Source: an uncultured Nitrospiraceae bacterium (GTDB lineage: Bacteria > Nitrospirota > Nitrospiria > Nitrospirales > Nitrospiraceae). Taken from it: DNA of 64,000 nt. The stretch is taken from contig CAWJWJ010000002.1 in NCBI GenBank assembly GCA_963846575.1, forward strand, positions 2,829,916-2,893,915, in the 5' to 3' direction. Shown here one piece after another: positions 1 through 7,882 of the stretch (position 1 is its first letter; each line of letters starts with the position of its first letter). The translations under genes and the position numbers were made by a program. Below the pieces are notes generated by a model, which was given only the letters and a program-made list of their open reading frames with translations, had not been told where the DNA came from and ran no database searches.

Positions 1-1
1 C

Positions 2-1432
2 CATGAGGCCCCTCTCCCCCTGGCCGCAGCGGTCGGATTCGCCGGTGGCCTGGGTGCCGCCTATGGCACGCTTCATTGGGTATTCGAGGTTCCCGGTTTC
101 GAACTGCAGCACTCACTGTTAGCCGCGAGCTACCTGGCCCTGTATCCCGCTGGCTGGTGTCTGGGCCTCTCGCTCATGACCCGCGCCGGCGTCACGCCCC
201 TCCTCCCCGCTGCCGCCCTCTGGGTGCTGCTGGATTACGTACGCGCCCATGCGGGATTTCTTGCCTTCCCCTGGGGCACCCTCGCGCACACCCAGCACCG
301 CAATATTCCCCTGCTGCAGCTTGCCGCGATCACGGGCGAATACGGCGTGACCTTCGTGGTGATGGTCGCAAGCCTCGCGTTTTCCGGACTCATCCTGCGT
401 CGCGCCTGGCGGGAGGCCGCCTTCGCGGCCGTGCTCCTCGCGATGGCGCAGGGCGGAGGAGCCCTGGCACTTCACGCCGACCCTCCCGGTCACACGATTC
501 GCCTGGCCGCCCTGCAACCGAATATTCAGATCGGCGAGCAGGATACGCAGGAAGGCCGCCACGCCGCGTTCACGCGCCTCGAGCGCCTCACATTCACCGC
601 CGCCGCGCAACGGCCCTCCTTGATCGCCTGGCCCGAAACGGCCATTGCCGGAAACCTGCAGGCCGACCCGCTGCTGGCCGCCGATCTGCAGGTGTTGGCC
701 CACGAAGCTGGAATGCCGATCGTACTGGGTGTCTCGGAGGTCGAAAAGTTTGCCTCACGCGACGCCTCGGGAACATCACGCCGGCGGGCCTACAATTCCG
801 CCTATCTCGTCTCCCCCGGGGAACCGCTCCCCCCACCCTACCGCAAACGGCTCCTGGTGCCGTTCGGCGAATATGTCCCGCTGGCAACGATGGTCCCCTG
901 GCCGGCATGGATGGGCGGGAAGCGCTTCGATTCCGAACCGGGCCAGGCATCTCGTCTCTTCAGCCTTCCGGACGGCAGCCCGTTCGCCGTGATGATCTGC
1001 TGGGAAAGCCTCTTCAGCGATCTCAGTCGAGAATCGGTGCAAGCGGGGGCGCGCCTGCTGGTGCAACTGAACAACCCGGCCTGGTTCGGCCGGACGGCGG
1101 CGGCGAAGCAGCAGAATATTTCCTCCGTCTTCCGGGCCGTTGAAAATCGCGTGCCGGTCCTGCTCGCGTCGAACACCGGACCCTCGCAGATCATCGATTC
1201 CTACGGGCAGGTCGTCGCGGAGAGCGCCACCATCTTCGCTGCCGGCCTGGTGGTTGGCGACGTGGTTCTCGGATCCTCCGGAACCCTGTACACCCGCATC
1301 GGCGATGGCTTCGTGTGGTGTCTGTCAGGTGTCTCACTGCTGCTTGGCCTGGTCCAGGTTCGTCGGACAAGTGTCGCCCCACCGGTCTCGCGGCGACGCC
1401 CATCGTCTCCCGGGGCACCAGCGGTTTCATAA
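2..1432 (+). CDS. lnt: Apolipoprotein N-acyltransferase, 5'-truncated by the window edge
   Basis: The frame is open from position 2. TM helices are followed by a nitrilase domain with the triad motifs WPETA, YRKRLLVPFGEY and ICWE, plus QPNI and RAVENR. Confidence 0.93.
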   Translation, partial: HEAPLPLAAAVGFAGGLGAAYGTLHWVFEVPGFELQHSLLAASYLALYPAGWCLGLSLMTRAGVTPLLPAAALWVLLDYVRAHAGFLAFPWGTLAHTQHRNIPLLQLAAITGEYGVTFVVMVASLAFSGLILRRAWREAAFAAVLLAMAQGGGALALHADPPGHTIRLAALQPNIQIGEQDTQEGRHAAFTRLERLTFTAAAQRPSLIAWPETAIAGNLQADPLLAADLQVLAHEAGMPIVLGVSEVEKFASRDASGTSRRRAYNSAYLVSPGEPLPPPYRKRLLVPFGEYVPLATMVPWPAWMGGKRFDSEPGQASRLFSLPDGSPFAVMICWESLFSDLSRESVQAGARLLVQLNNPAWFGRTAAAKQQNISSVFRAVENRVPVLLASNTGPSQIIDSYGQVVAESATIFAAGLVVGDVVLGSSGTLYTRIGDGFVWCLSGVSLLLGLVQVRRTSVAPPVSRRRPSSPGAPAVS

Positions 1433-1442
1433 GGAGGTCCCG

Positions 1443-2492
1443 ATGCACAGGCTCAGACTGTTCGCCATGGCCGCTTGTGCGCTCCTCATGGTGGTGTCGC
1501 CGCGGCAGGCCTCCGGAAAGGGCACGCTCCTCGAGCTTGGGCCGGATTATTTCTGTATCGACCACGCTCCCCAACGCGTCGCGTTCTCGCCGCCACCCTT
1601 CACCTACCTGTTCGGCGGCATCTGCAACCTGCGTCATACGCGATTGCAGATCCCCGTGGACGTCCCCTGGACAGGAACAGGCACCTACGACCCCGCGACA
1701 GGCAAGGTCACCGAGGACATCAACATCCCGGCCCCGACCATCAGCCAGCCCTCCCGCCCATACGGGCGTTTCCTGGCTTATATGCACTGTCCGTCCGATC
1801 CCTGGCGCGATCCAAACGTGAAATGCGACCAGGTGGCCGCTTCGTCGAAGCCTTCGGCGTCGGACTATCCACCGGGTCCGTACGGAGATTACGCCCGGAG
1901 CGTGGTGTTGCAAATCACCAGCCACATCCAGGGCTATCGGCGGCCCTATACGGCCCGCATGAAGGATACGCATCGGCAATATCTGAACGCGCAGTACAAG
2001 GCCTATGTGACAGCGATGAACAAACAACAGCTGATCCAGAAGGGCGCAGTTCAGTCTGAAGCTTCCGGTGCCTCCGGAGCGGCGGACGTCTACCGAACAC
2101 TGCTCCATCCGTCAGTCCTGTCGCCAAGACCCGGACAAATCCTGCTGTCACAGACCGCGGTTCCTATCAAGCTGGCGGCGCCGAACGGGTGGACCGTCAC
2201 CGGCTATACGGTCACCATCCAAAGACGAGACGCGAAGGGGGCCTGGGTCAATCACGTCACCATCCCGGTGAGTGAAGCCGAGGCGCGATCACCTGCCGGC
2301 TATAAGGGATTCGGGAATGGCGCGCCCCCGGCATTCCTGGTCACGCCGGGGAGGTGGCGTCTGAATGCACAAGTTTCCGTTCCGAAAAAGTCAGGCGTGA
2401 GTGACTGGGTGGAGTTTAACGTGACGCCCCATCAGGATGCCTATCAAGACTCGGCTCAGACGAAAAAGCGCAATCCATTTCTGAATCCATGA
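1443..2492 (+). CDS. Secreted Cys-containing hypothetical protein (paralogue A)
   Basis: AAGGAGG RBS before ATG 1443; signal-peptide-like N-terminus; full-length similarity to the next ORF. Confidence 0.8.
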   Translation: MHRLRLFAMAACALLMVVSPRQASGKGTLLELGPDYFCIDHAPQRVAFSPPPFTYLFGGICNLRHTRLQIPVDVPWTGTGTYDPATGKVTEDINIPAPTISQPSRPYGRFLAYMHCPSDPWRDPNVKCDQVAASSKPSASDYPPGPYGDYARSVVLQITSHIQGYRRPYTARMKDTHRQYLNAQYKAYVTAMNKQQLIQKGAVQSEASGASGAADVYRTLLHPSVLSPRPGQILLSQTAVPIKLAAPNGWTVTGYTVTIQRRDAKGAWVNHVTIPVSEAEARSPAGYKGFGNGAPPAFLVTPGRWRLNAQVSVPKKSGVSDWVEFNVTPHQDAYQDSAQTKKRNPFLNP

Positions 2493-2676
2493 GGAACCCA
2501 GGCACATCGTGAGCAGAAATAGAAACCAGCGGTTCACGAATGACGTCTAGGCGACGAACAACCAAACCGGAGCAATGCCCGCACCCCATTGTCGTGAGAA
2601 GCGCTGAAAGAACCAGATCCGTATCCACTGAGGTTTCAACGATCTGCCGTACCGATTGTCAGAAAAGGAGACTTTC

Positions 2677-3720
2677 ATGAGACTTGTGAGGATTTCTGTC
2701 TGTGGTGTTGGACTGGCGTTCTGCCTGATGATGAGTATGGCGACCCCACAGGGTGCATGGGCATCCGGCAGATTGCTGACAATTGAGGAAGAGTATTGTT
2801 ACAAATTCGCCTTGCAAAAAGTCATTCTTTCCCCCACGCCTTCCACCTACTTATTTACCGGAACATGCGACCTGGCCCATACACGCCTACTTCTCCCCGT
2901 TAAGGTCACGTATACCACTGTGGGCAGGTACGACCCCACGAACGGGAACACCACGGAAGAGATTAGTGTGCCCCCGCCCGCGATCAACGAACCCTCCCGA
3001 CCCTACGGCCGGTTTTTCGCCTCCATGCGTTGTGCTGCGGATCCGTGGCGGGACCGCAATGTGAAGTGCGATCAGGTCGTCGCCTCGGTTAATCCCCCCG
3101 CGAGTGCCTACCCGCCCAATCAATCGGGGGATCTTTCAAGAAGCTTGATCAGGCAAATCTTTGATCAGATCACCAAGTACTCCCTACGGCCGTACACCTC
3201 GTCTCTCACCAGCGATCAGAAAAAAGTGGTCGATGCGCAATATGATGCGGCTCTGGCCTCCGAACGGAGATCCCAACAGCTCCAGCAAGGGGCCAAGAAA
3301 ACAGAGGGGACATCCTACAGCGCAGGCCTCTCGCCCTCCGTGCTGTCGCCCGCGAGCGGACAAACGGTCGTAGCGCAAACGCCGGTGCTGATCAAGCTGT
3401 CGCCGCCCAAGGGGTGGAATGTGACGGGGTACATGGTCAATATTCAGAGAAAAGATGCGAAGGGGATCTGGGTTCATCACACCACCATTCCCGTGAGCGC
3501 GGCCGAGGCGCAATCACCCACCGGATACATGGGGTTCGGCAACGGCGCGCCACCGGCATTCTTGATCTTCCCCGGCGCATGGCGGCTCAACGCCCAGGCC
3601 TCGTCTCCCAAACAGTCCGGCACGAGTGATTGGATTCAGTTTTACGCGACGGCCTATCAGGGACCGGTGCAGCAGGCGGCCCCCAAAAATGGAGCCCACC
3701 TTCAGTTCAAGATCCCCTGA
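2677..3720 (+). CDS. Secreted Cys-containing hypothetical protein (paralogue B)
   Basis: AGGAG RBS before ATG 2677; signal peptide; shares PSRPYGRF, CxxDPWRDxNVKCDQV, GFGNGAPPAFL and WRLNAQ with paralogue A. Confidence 0.8.
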   Translation: MRLVRISVCGVGLAFCLMMSMATPQGAWASGRLLTIEEEYCYKFALQKVILSPTPSTYLFTGTCDLAHTRLLLPVKVTYTTVGRYDPTNGNTTEEISVPPPAINEPSRPYGRFFASMRCAADPWRDRNVKCDQVVASVNPPASAYPPNQSGDLSRSLIRQIFDQITKYSLRPYTSSLTSDQKKVVDAQYDAALASERRSQQLQQGAKKTEGTSYSAGLSPSVLSPASGQTVVAQTPVLIKLSPPKGWNVTGYMVNIQRKDAKGIWVHHTTIPVSAAEAQSPTGYMGFGNGAPPAFLIFPGAWRLNAQASSPKQSGTSDWIQFYATAYQGPVQQAAPKNGAHLQFKIP

Positions 3721-3813
3721 GCCGGCGGGCGGAATGGCTGCGCTGATCGGAACAGGTATGACGACGACAGGGCATCACCGGGGGCACAACGCAGGATTCG
3801 ACGGCCTGTGTGC

Positions 3814-4776
3814 TTACCGCGGCAGGTATTTCACGACATAGTCCGTGCCGTGGAAAGACGATTCGATGACCTGGATCTGGGCGGGGCTCATGGGGTTGAT
3901 ACCGGCCTGCATAAGCAGATCGCTACGGAGGGTCTGCCAGACCACCTGATCGAACTGGCTGCGGGTTTGCGGATGGCTGAGAGCTTCGCGCACACCCGTC
4001 TCAATGGCGTTGGCGAGACTCTCGAGGTATTTCTTGGACACGTCGCAGATGTTGATCGGAAACAGCACATCGAACCAATAGACGCATTTGTCCTGCGCTT
4101 TCAACCCTCCGCGAAATCCGGTCCGCACGGCTTGATAGGTCGGAAACCCCCCTTGGTTGGTCGTGGGGATGATGAAGATATCGACAATGGCGTTCTCGCC
4201 CACGGTATCACCGACCGCTTGATCGCCCTCCGGCGAGTAGTCGCGGTAATAGGTCTTGAATTGTAACGAGGGAAAATGAAACTCCAAATGGAGTTCCGTG
4301 CCTTCCGACTTGACGACCGGCGGATTCGAGAGGCCATTGGCATGCACGTACACACGGCCTCCATTTGAAGCCTCATGCACATAGGGCGGAACCGTGAATC
4401 GTCCGGCCAGACTGCGCCCGATGGTAAAGTTCGAATCGATTTGGCCGCGCAAATTGGTCAGTTGCACGAACGACTTCGAGAGATCTCCGCCGAGGAGCAG
4501 CGCGAGCGGAATTTTTTTGGTGAGAGGCGCGGGAGGCGGCGACTGGTATCGACCGGGCGCGGCACCCTGCGGAGCCAGCCCGTGCGGCATCGGCTGTTGT
4601 CCCGGTGGTGGCGCCGTGTGGGCCTGGCCCGGTGAGAGATTCGGTTGGGCCGGAACCGACGGGGTGTTGGAGCGAGGCGGAAACACCTGCCCGAGGGCCG
4701 GGGCATCACTCCCCCCGGCGAGCACCACACCCGTCACCAGCATCCAGAGGCCGGCCGTACGCATCGTCGTTTTCAT
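3814..4776 (-). CDS. Secreted hypothetical protein with a Pro/Gln-rich N-terminal region
   Basis: Signal peptide, P/Q-rich linker and a globular domain with two Cys; directly downstream of the lipoprotein gene. The start could be 4797. Confidence 0.75.
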   Translation of the reverse strand: MKTTMRTAGLWMLVTGVVLAGGSDAPALGQVFPPRSNTPSVPAQPNLSPGQAHTAPPPGQQPMPHGLAPQGAAPGRYQSPPPAPLTKKIPLALLLGGDLSKSFVQLTNLRGQIDSNFTIGRSLAGRFTVPPYVHEASNGGRVYVHANGLSNPPVVKSEGTELHLEFHFPSLQFKTYYRDYSPEGDQAVGDTVGENAIVDIFIIPTTNQGGFPTYQAVRTGFRGGLKAQDKCVYWFDVLFPINICDVSKKYLESLANAIETGVREALSHPQTRSQFDQVVWQTLRSDLLMQAGINPMSPAQIQVIESSFHGTDYVVKYLPR

Positions 4777-4799
4777 GCGATCCGTGACGAGCCTCACCC

Positions 4800-6398
4800 C
4801 TATTGGTGTTTGAACCAGCGAGTGACCCGCACGTCCTCACCGGGCTTCGCCGCGACGTAGGACAGCGCCGTGACCTGGGCCGGCTGTTGTGCCTCATCCC
4901 GCACCAGCGTCGCATGACCGGCCTGAGTTTTTCCGAACCCGTTGGGGAGCACCGCCGGCTCCTCGACCTGGGCAGCCGCCTGCCCCGCAGGCCGCTGCTG
5001 CCCCGCGAGTTGTGTCAGGATCTCCTCCAGATCGGTACGTCTCGCCGGTGATGCCACCAGAAACAAGGTCTCCACCCCCTTGAACTGATCCAGCGTGAAC
5101 CAGTAGGGCCCGTCTGGAAAGGCCTGTTCGGTTTCGGGCTTCAGGGGATTGACGACCGTGCCGTCGGCGACGGGGAAAATCGGCTGCGCCCAGCCGGAAC
5201 CATCCACCGACACGACATAGACGAAACACTCGCAGTTCGTGCGCACGACCAGCTTGAAGCGGTCGCCTTCCGGTCCGCCCTTCAGCGCTTCACCGTCCTG
5301 CATCAGGGAGACTTCTTTTCCGGTCGGAGTCGTCACCTGACGGATCAGCGCGACATCCAACGTGACCGGCTCCGCCGGTCCCGGCACCGACCGCGTATAG
5401 ATCTGACCGGGGTATCCCACGCCCATATTCGGCGCTTGTCCCTGGTAGCCATATTGCTGCCCGCCCATCGGCTGTTGATAGCCCTGCATGGGCTGCTGTT
5501 GGTACCCCGCCGGCATGCCCTGTTGCTGATAACCCTGCATCCCCTGTTGCTGGTAGGGATCCATCGGCTGCTGGTACGCCCCGCCCATGGCCTGTTGCAT
5601 CGGTTGTTGCCCATAACCCGGCATGGCCTGACCGCCGGGGTACCCGGGAGCCATCGGCTGTCCCATCGTTCCAGGGGCCGCGGCAGGATAACCCGGCTGC
5701 GGAGGCAGGTTCTGCCCGCCCGGATAGCCCGGTTGCGGCGGATAGCCGCCCATCTGTCCTCCGTATTGGCCCCCATACTGTCCGCCATATTGCCCGCCGT
5801 ACTGCTGGTTCATTCCGTAGGCCGGAGCCTGGACGTTCATGCCAGGCACGGAGGCGTAGGGATTGTTCGGATCGTAATACTGTCCGGCCTGGCCTTGGTA
5901 GCCGTACCCCGAACTCTGCGCGGCTCCATACCCGCCCGTTCCGCCGTACCCATAGGCCTGCTGCCCGTAGCCTCCCGGTGGATAGCCGGCGCCAGGCATC
6001 GCGCCGGTGGGATTGTAGGGATCGACATAGCTGCCGCCATATCCAGCGGCGCCGGACTGGCCCGCCATCCCGGGCTGTCCCCCCATCTGATTCATCATCG
6101 CCTGCTGCTGTTGCTGCAACATCACCGGCGGAACCAGCGCGGCCGGCGACGTCCCCATGGGCAAACCCATGGCCACGTAGGGCGTACTCAGACGCACCAT
6201 GAGCCGATTCATGTCTTCGGAATATTTCCCGCCGTAGTTCTTATTGCCGGTCATGAGCAGATTCCGGGCAAACTCGATTCCAGCGGGGATGAGGAAGGGA
6301 GCGGCAGCGCAGGAGGCTAACAGGAGAAAAGGCAGAAATGCCAGAATTCCCGCATGTTGACCGGTAGAAACTCTGGGCGACCTGTGACATCCGTTCAT
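4800..6398 (-). CDS. Lipoprotein with a long G/Q/Y/P/M low-complexity tract and a C-terminal DUF4384-like domain
   Basis: Lipobox LLASC. The C-terminal GDRFKLVVRTNCECFVYVVSVDGSG..IFP..FTLDQFKGVETLFLVAS fits the DUF4384 pattern. GAGGTG RBS. Confidence 0.8.
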   Translation of the reverse strand: MNGCHRSPRVSTGQHAGILAFLPFLLLASCAAAPFLIPAGIEFARNLLMTGNKNYGGKYSEDMNRLMVRLSTPYVAMGLPMGTSPAALVPPVMLQQQQQAMMNQMGGQPGMAGQSGAAGYGGSYVDPYNPTGAMPGAGYPPGGYGQQAYGYGGTGGYGAAQSSGYGYQGQAGQYYDPNNPYASVPGMNVQAPAYGMNQQYGGQYGGQYGGQYGGQMGGYPPQPGYPGGQNLPPQPGYPAAAPGTMGQPMAPGYPGGQAMPGYGQQPMQQAMGGAYQQPMDPYQQQGMQGYQQQGMPAGYQQQPMQGYQQPMGGQQYGYQGQAPNMGVGYPGQIYTRSVPGPAEPVTLDVALIRQVTTPTGKEVSLMQDGEALKGGPEGDRFKLVVRTNCECFVYVVSVDGSGWAQPIFPVADGTVVNPLKPETEQAFPDGPYWFTLDQFKGVETLFLVASPARRTDLEEILTQLAGQQRPAGQAAAQVEEPAVLPNGFGKTQAGHATLVRDEAQQPAQVTALSYVAAKPGEDVRVTRWFKHQ

Positions 6399-6418
6399 CG
6401 TAGCACCTCACCGTCTAG

Positions 6419-6449
6419 CCGTTTGTCGCCGCGATCCGGAGAAGGTTCA
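6419..6449 (-). promoter_or_regulatory. Putative ECF-sigma promoter of the lipoprotein operon (TGAACCTT-N13-CGACAAACGG)
   Basis: AAC-type -35 and CGAC-type -10, 20 nt upstream of ATG 6398. The same motif and spacing recur before the caspase gene. Confidence 0.7.
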
Positions 6450-6453
6450 CGGG

Positions 6454-6483
6454 ATTGTAGGCTCCGGGTCCCCGGCGGGTCAA
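6454..6483 (-). promoter_or_regulatory. Putative sigma-70 promoter (TTGACC-N18-TACAAT)
   Basis: 5/6 matches at both -35 and -10, immediately upstream of the ECF-type promoter. Confidence 0.45.
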
Positions 6484-6574
6484 CCGGCTGCTATTGAGAG
6501 GCTGCCGGCTTCTATGTTACAGCAGAGGCGCCGGCACGTCGGTACCTCTGCCTTTTTCTCGAACATGTGGGCCC

Positions 6575-7159
6575 ATGAGCGCGACTCACGAGCACAACGC
6601 GGTGGAGGGCACGCTGGTGATGCGGGCGGCAGGCGGAGACACCCACGCTTTCGAAGCTCTGTACCGACTCTACGAAAAGCGGGTGTTCCATTATATCTGC
6701 ACCTTCGTGCGCGACCATTCGCTAGCGGAAGAGGTGGTCGGGGAAGTCATGCTGGCCGTGTGGCGCGGAGCCTGCCACTTTGCGAATCAGTCTCGCGTCT
6801 CGACATGGATCTTCGGTATCGCCCGTCACAAGGCCCTCGATGCCGTCCGGCGAAGCGGCCGGCCTGATCACAAGGCCGTGACGATCGACGACCTGCCCGA
6901 TCTTCCCAGCCAACAGGACACGCCGATCGAACAGATTCAACGGGAACAGCTCGCCACCGTGATGCGGCAGGCGCTTGGTGCCCTGTCGCCCGAACATCAG
7001 GAAGTGTTGCGATTGGTGTTTTACGAGGAACTTCCCTACGAAGACATCGCGCTGCTGCTCAGCATTCCGGAAAATACCGTCAAAACCCGCGTGTTTTACG
7101 CCAAGCAACAGCTGAAACGACAGATCAATCGCTCGATCTCCAGAGAGACCGTCTTATGA
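6575..7159 (+). CDS. ECF RNA polymerase sigma factor
   Basis: Region 2 (AEEVV..VMLAVW, STWIFGIARHKALD) and region 4 (LSPEHQEVL..YEDIA..IPENTVKTRVFYAK). Confidence 0.95.
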   Translation: MSATHEHNAVEGTLVMRAAGGDTHAFEALYRLYEKRVFHYICTFVRDHSLAEEVVGEVMLAVWRGACHFANQSRVSTWIFGIARHKALDAVRRSGRPDHKAVTIDDLPDLPSQQDTPIEQIQREQLATVMRQALGALSPEHQEVLRLVFYEELPYEDIALLLSIPENTVKTRVFYAKQQLKRQINRSISRETVL

Positions 7160-7833
7160 CGACGCCGAACGAAGCCTCCATGGCCCACCCGGCTGCGACA
7201 CTCCTTCCCTGGTATCTGACCGGCACCTTGAAGGAGGCCGAACGACGAACGGTGGATGAGCACCTGGCGACCTGCGCCGACTGTCGCGCTGAACTGGACA
7301 GTCTGGCCCAGCTGCGTGCTCCGCTGCAGGCGGCGCTGGCCGCGGAGCCCACGCCGGTCCTGCATGTGAAGGAGGCCGTGATGGCGCAGGTCCGGACGGA
7401 ACGGGAGGCTCGTCACAGTCCCAATGCGTCGCCATCTGATGGATGGGCCGGCCATGCGGTGGAGCAGTGGTTTCGCAATCTGTTCGCACCGCGGTGGGTC
7501 CCCGCACTCGCCGCGACCCTGTTGATCGGTCAATTCGCCCTGCTCCTGTGGACGGCCGGCCCGCAAACCATCCCGCCCCCTGACCAGGTCACCAGCCGGG
7601 GTGTTTCGCCGGCGGCCGTCCGCGTCATGTTGGTGTTCCAGAAGTCGGCATCCGAGGCGCGCATCCGGGCCGTCATTTTGAACTTGAAGGGCCGCCTCGT
7701 CGATGGGCCCACCGCGGACGGCGTCTATACCATCACCATCCCGGCGGCCGAATCGGCAGGACTCGAGGCCAGCCTCAAGCGGCTGCAGCAACAAACCGAT
7801 CTGATCCGGAAGGCAGAGTTGGTCCGCCGATGA
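7156..7833 (+). CDS. Zinc-binding (zf-HC2/ZAS) transmembrane anti-sigma factor
   Basis: ATGA overlap with the sigma gene; LLPWY, HLATCADC (HxxxCxxC), one TM helix and a small extracytoplasmic domain. Confidence 0.9.
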   Translation: MTTPNEASMAHPAATLLPWYLTGTLKEAERRTVDEHLATCADCRAELDSLAQLRAPLQAALAAEPTPVLHVKEAVMAQVRTEREARHSPNASPSDGWAGHAVEQWFRNLFAPRWVPALAATLLIGQFALLLWTAGPQTIPPPDQVTSRGVSPAAVRVMLVFQKSASEARIRAVILNLKGRLVDGPTADGVYTITIPAAESAGLEASLKRLQQQTDLIRKAELVRR

Positions 7834-7861
7834 ACCTTTACCCGCGCGATCCGACCCACGG
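7831..7861 (+). promoter_or_regulatory. Putative ECF-sigma promoter of the caspase gene (TGAACCTT-N13-CGACCCACGG)
   Basis: Matches 6419-6449 in sequence and spacing; ends 21 nt before ATG 7883; the -35 overlaps the anti-sigma stop codon. Confidence 0.7.
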
Positions 7862-7882
7862 ATCAGGACACGAGGACAGGAC

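Noticed and set aside
2493..2676. Third copy of the ECF promoter before paralogue B
   Set aside because: GGAACC/GAAACC is present but there is no CGAC at the matching spacing.
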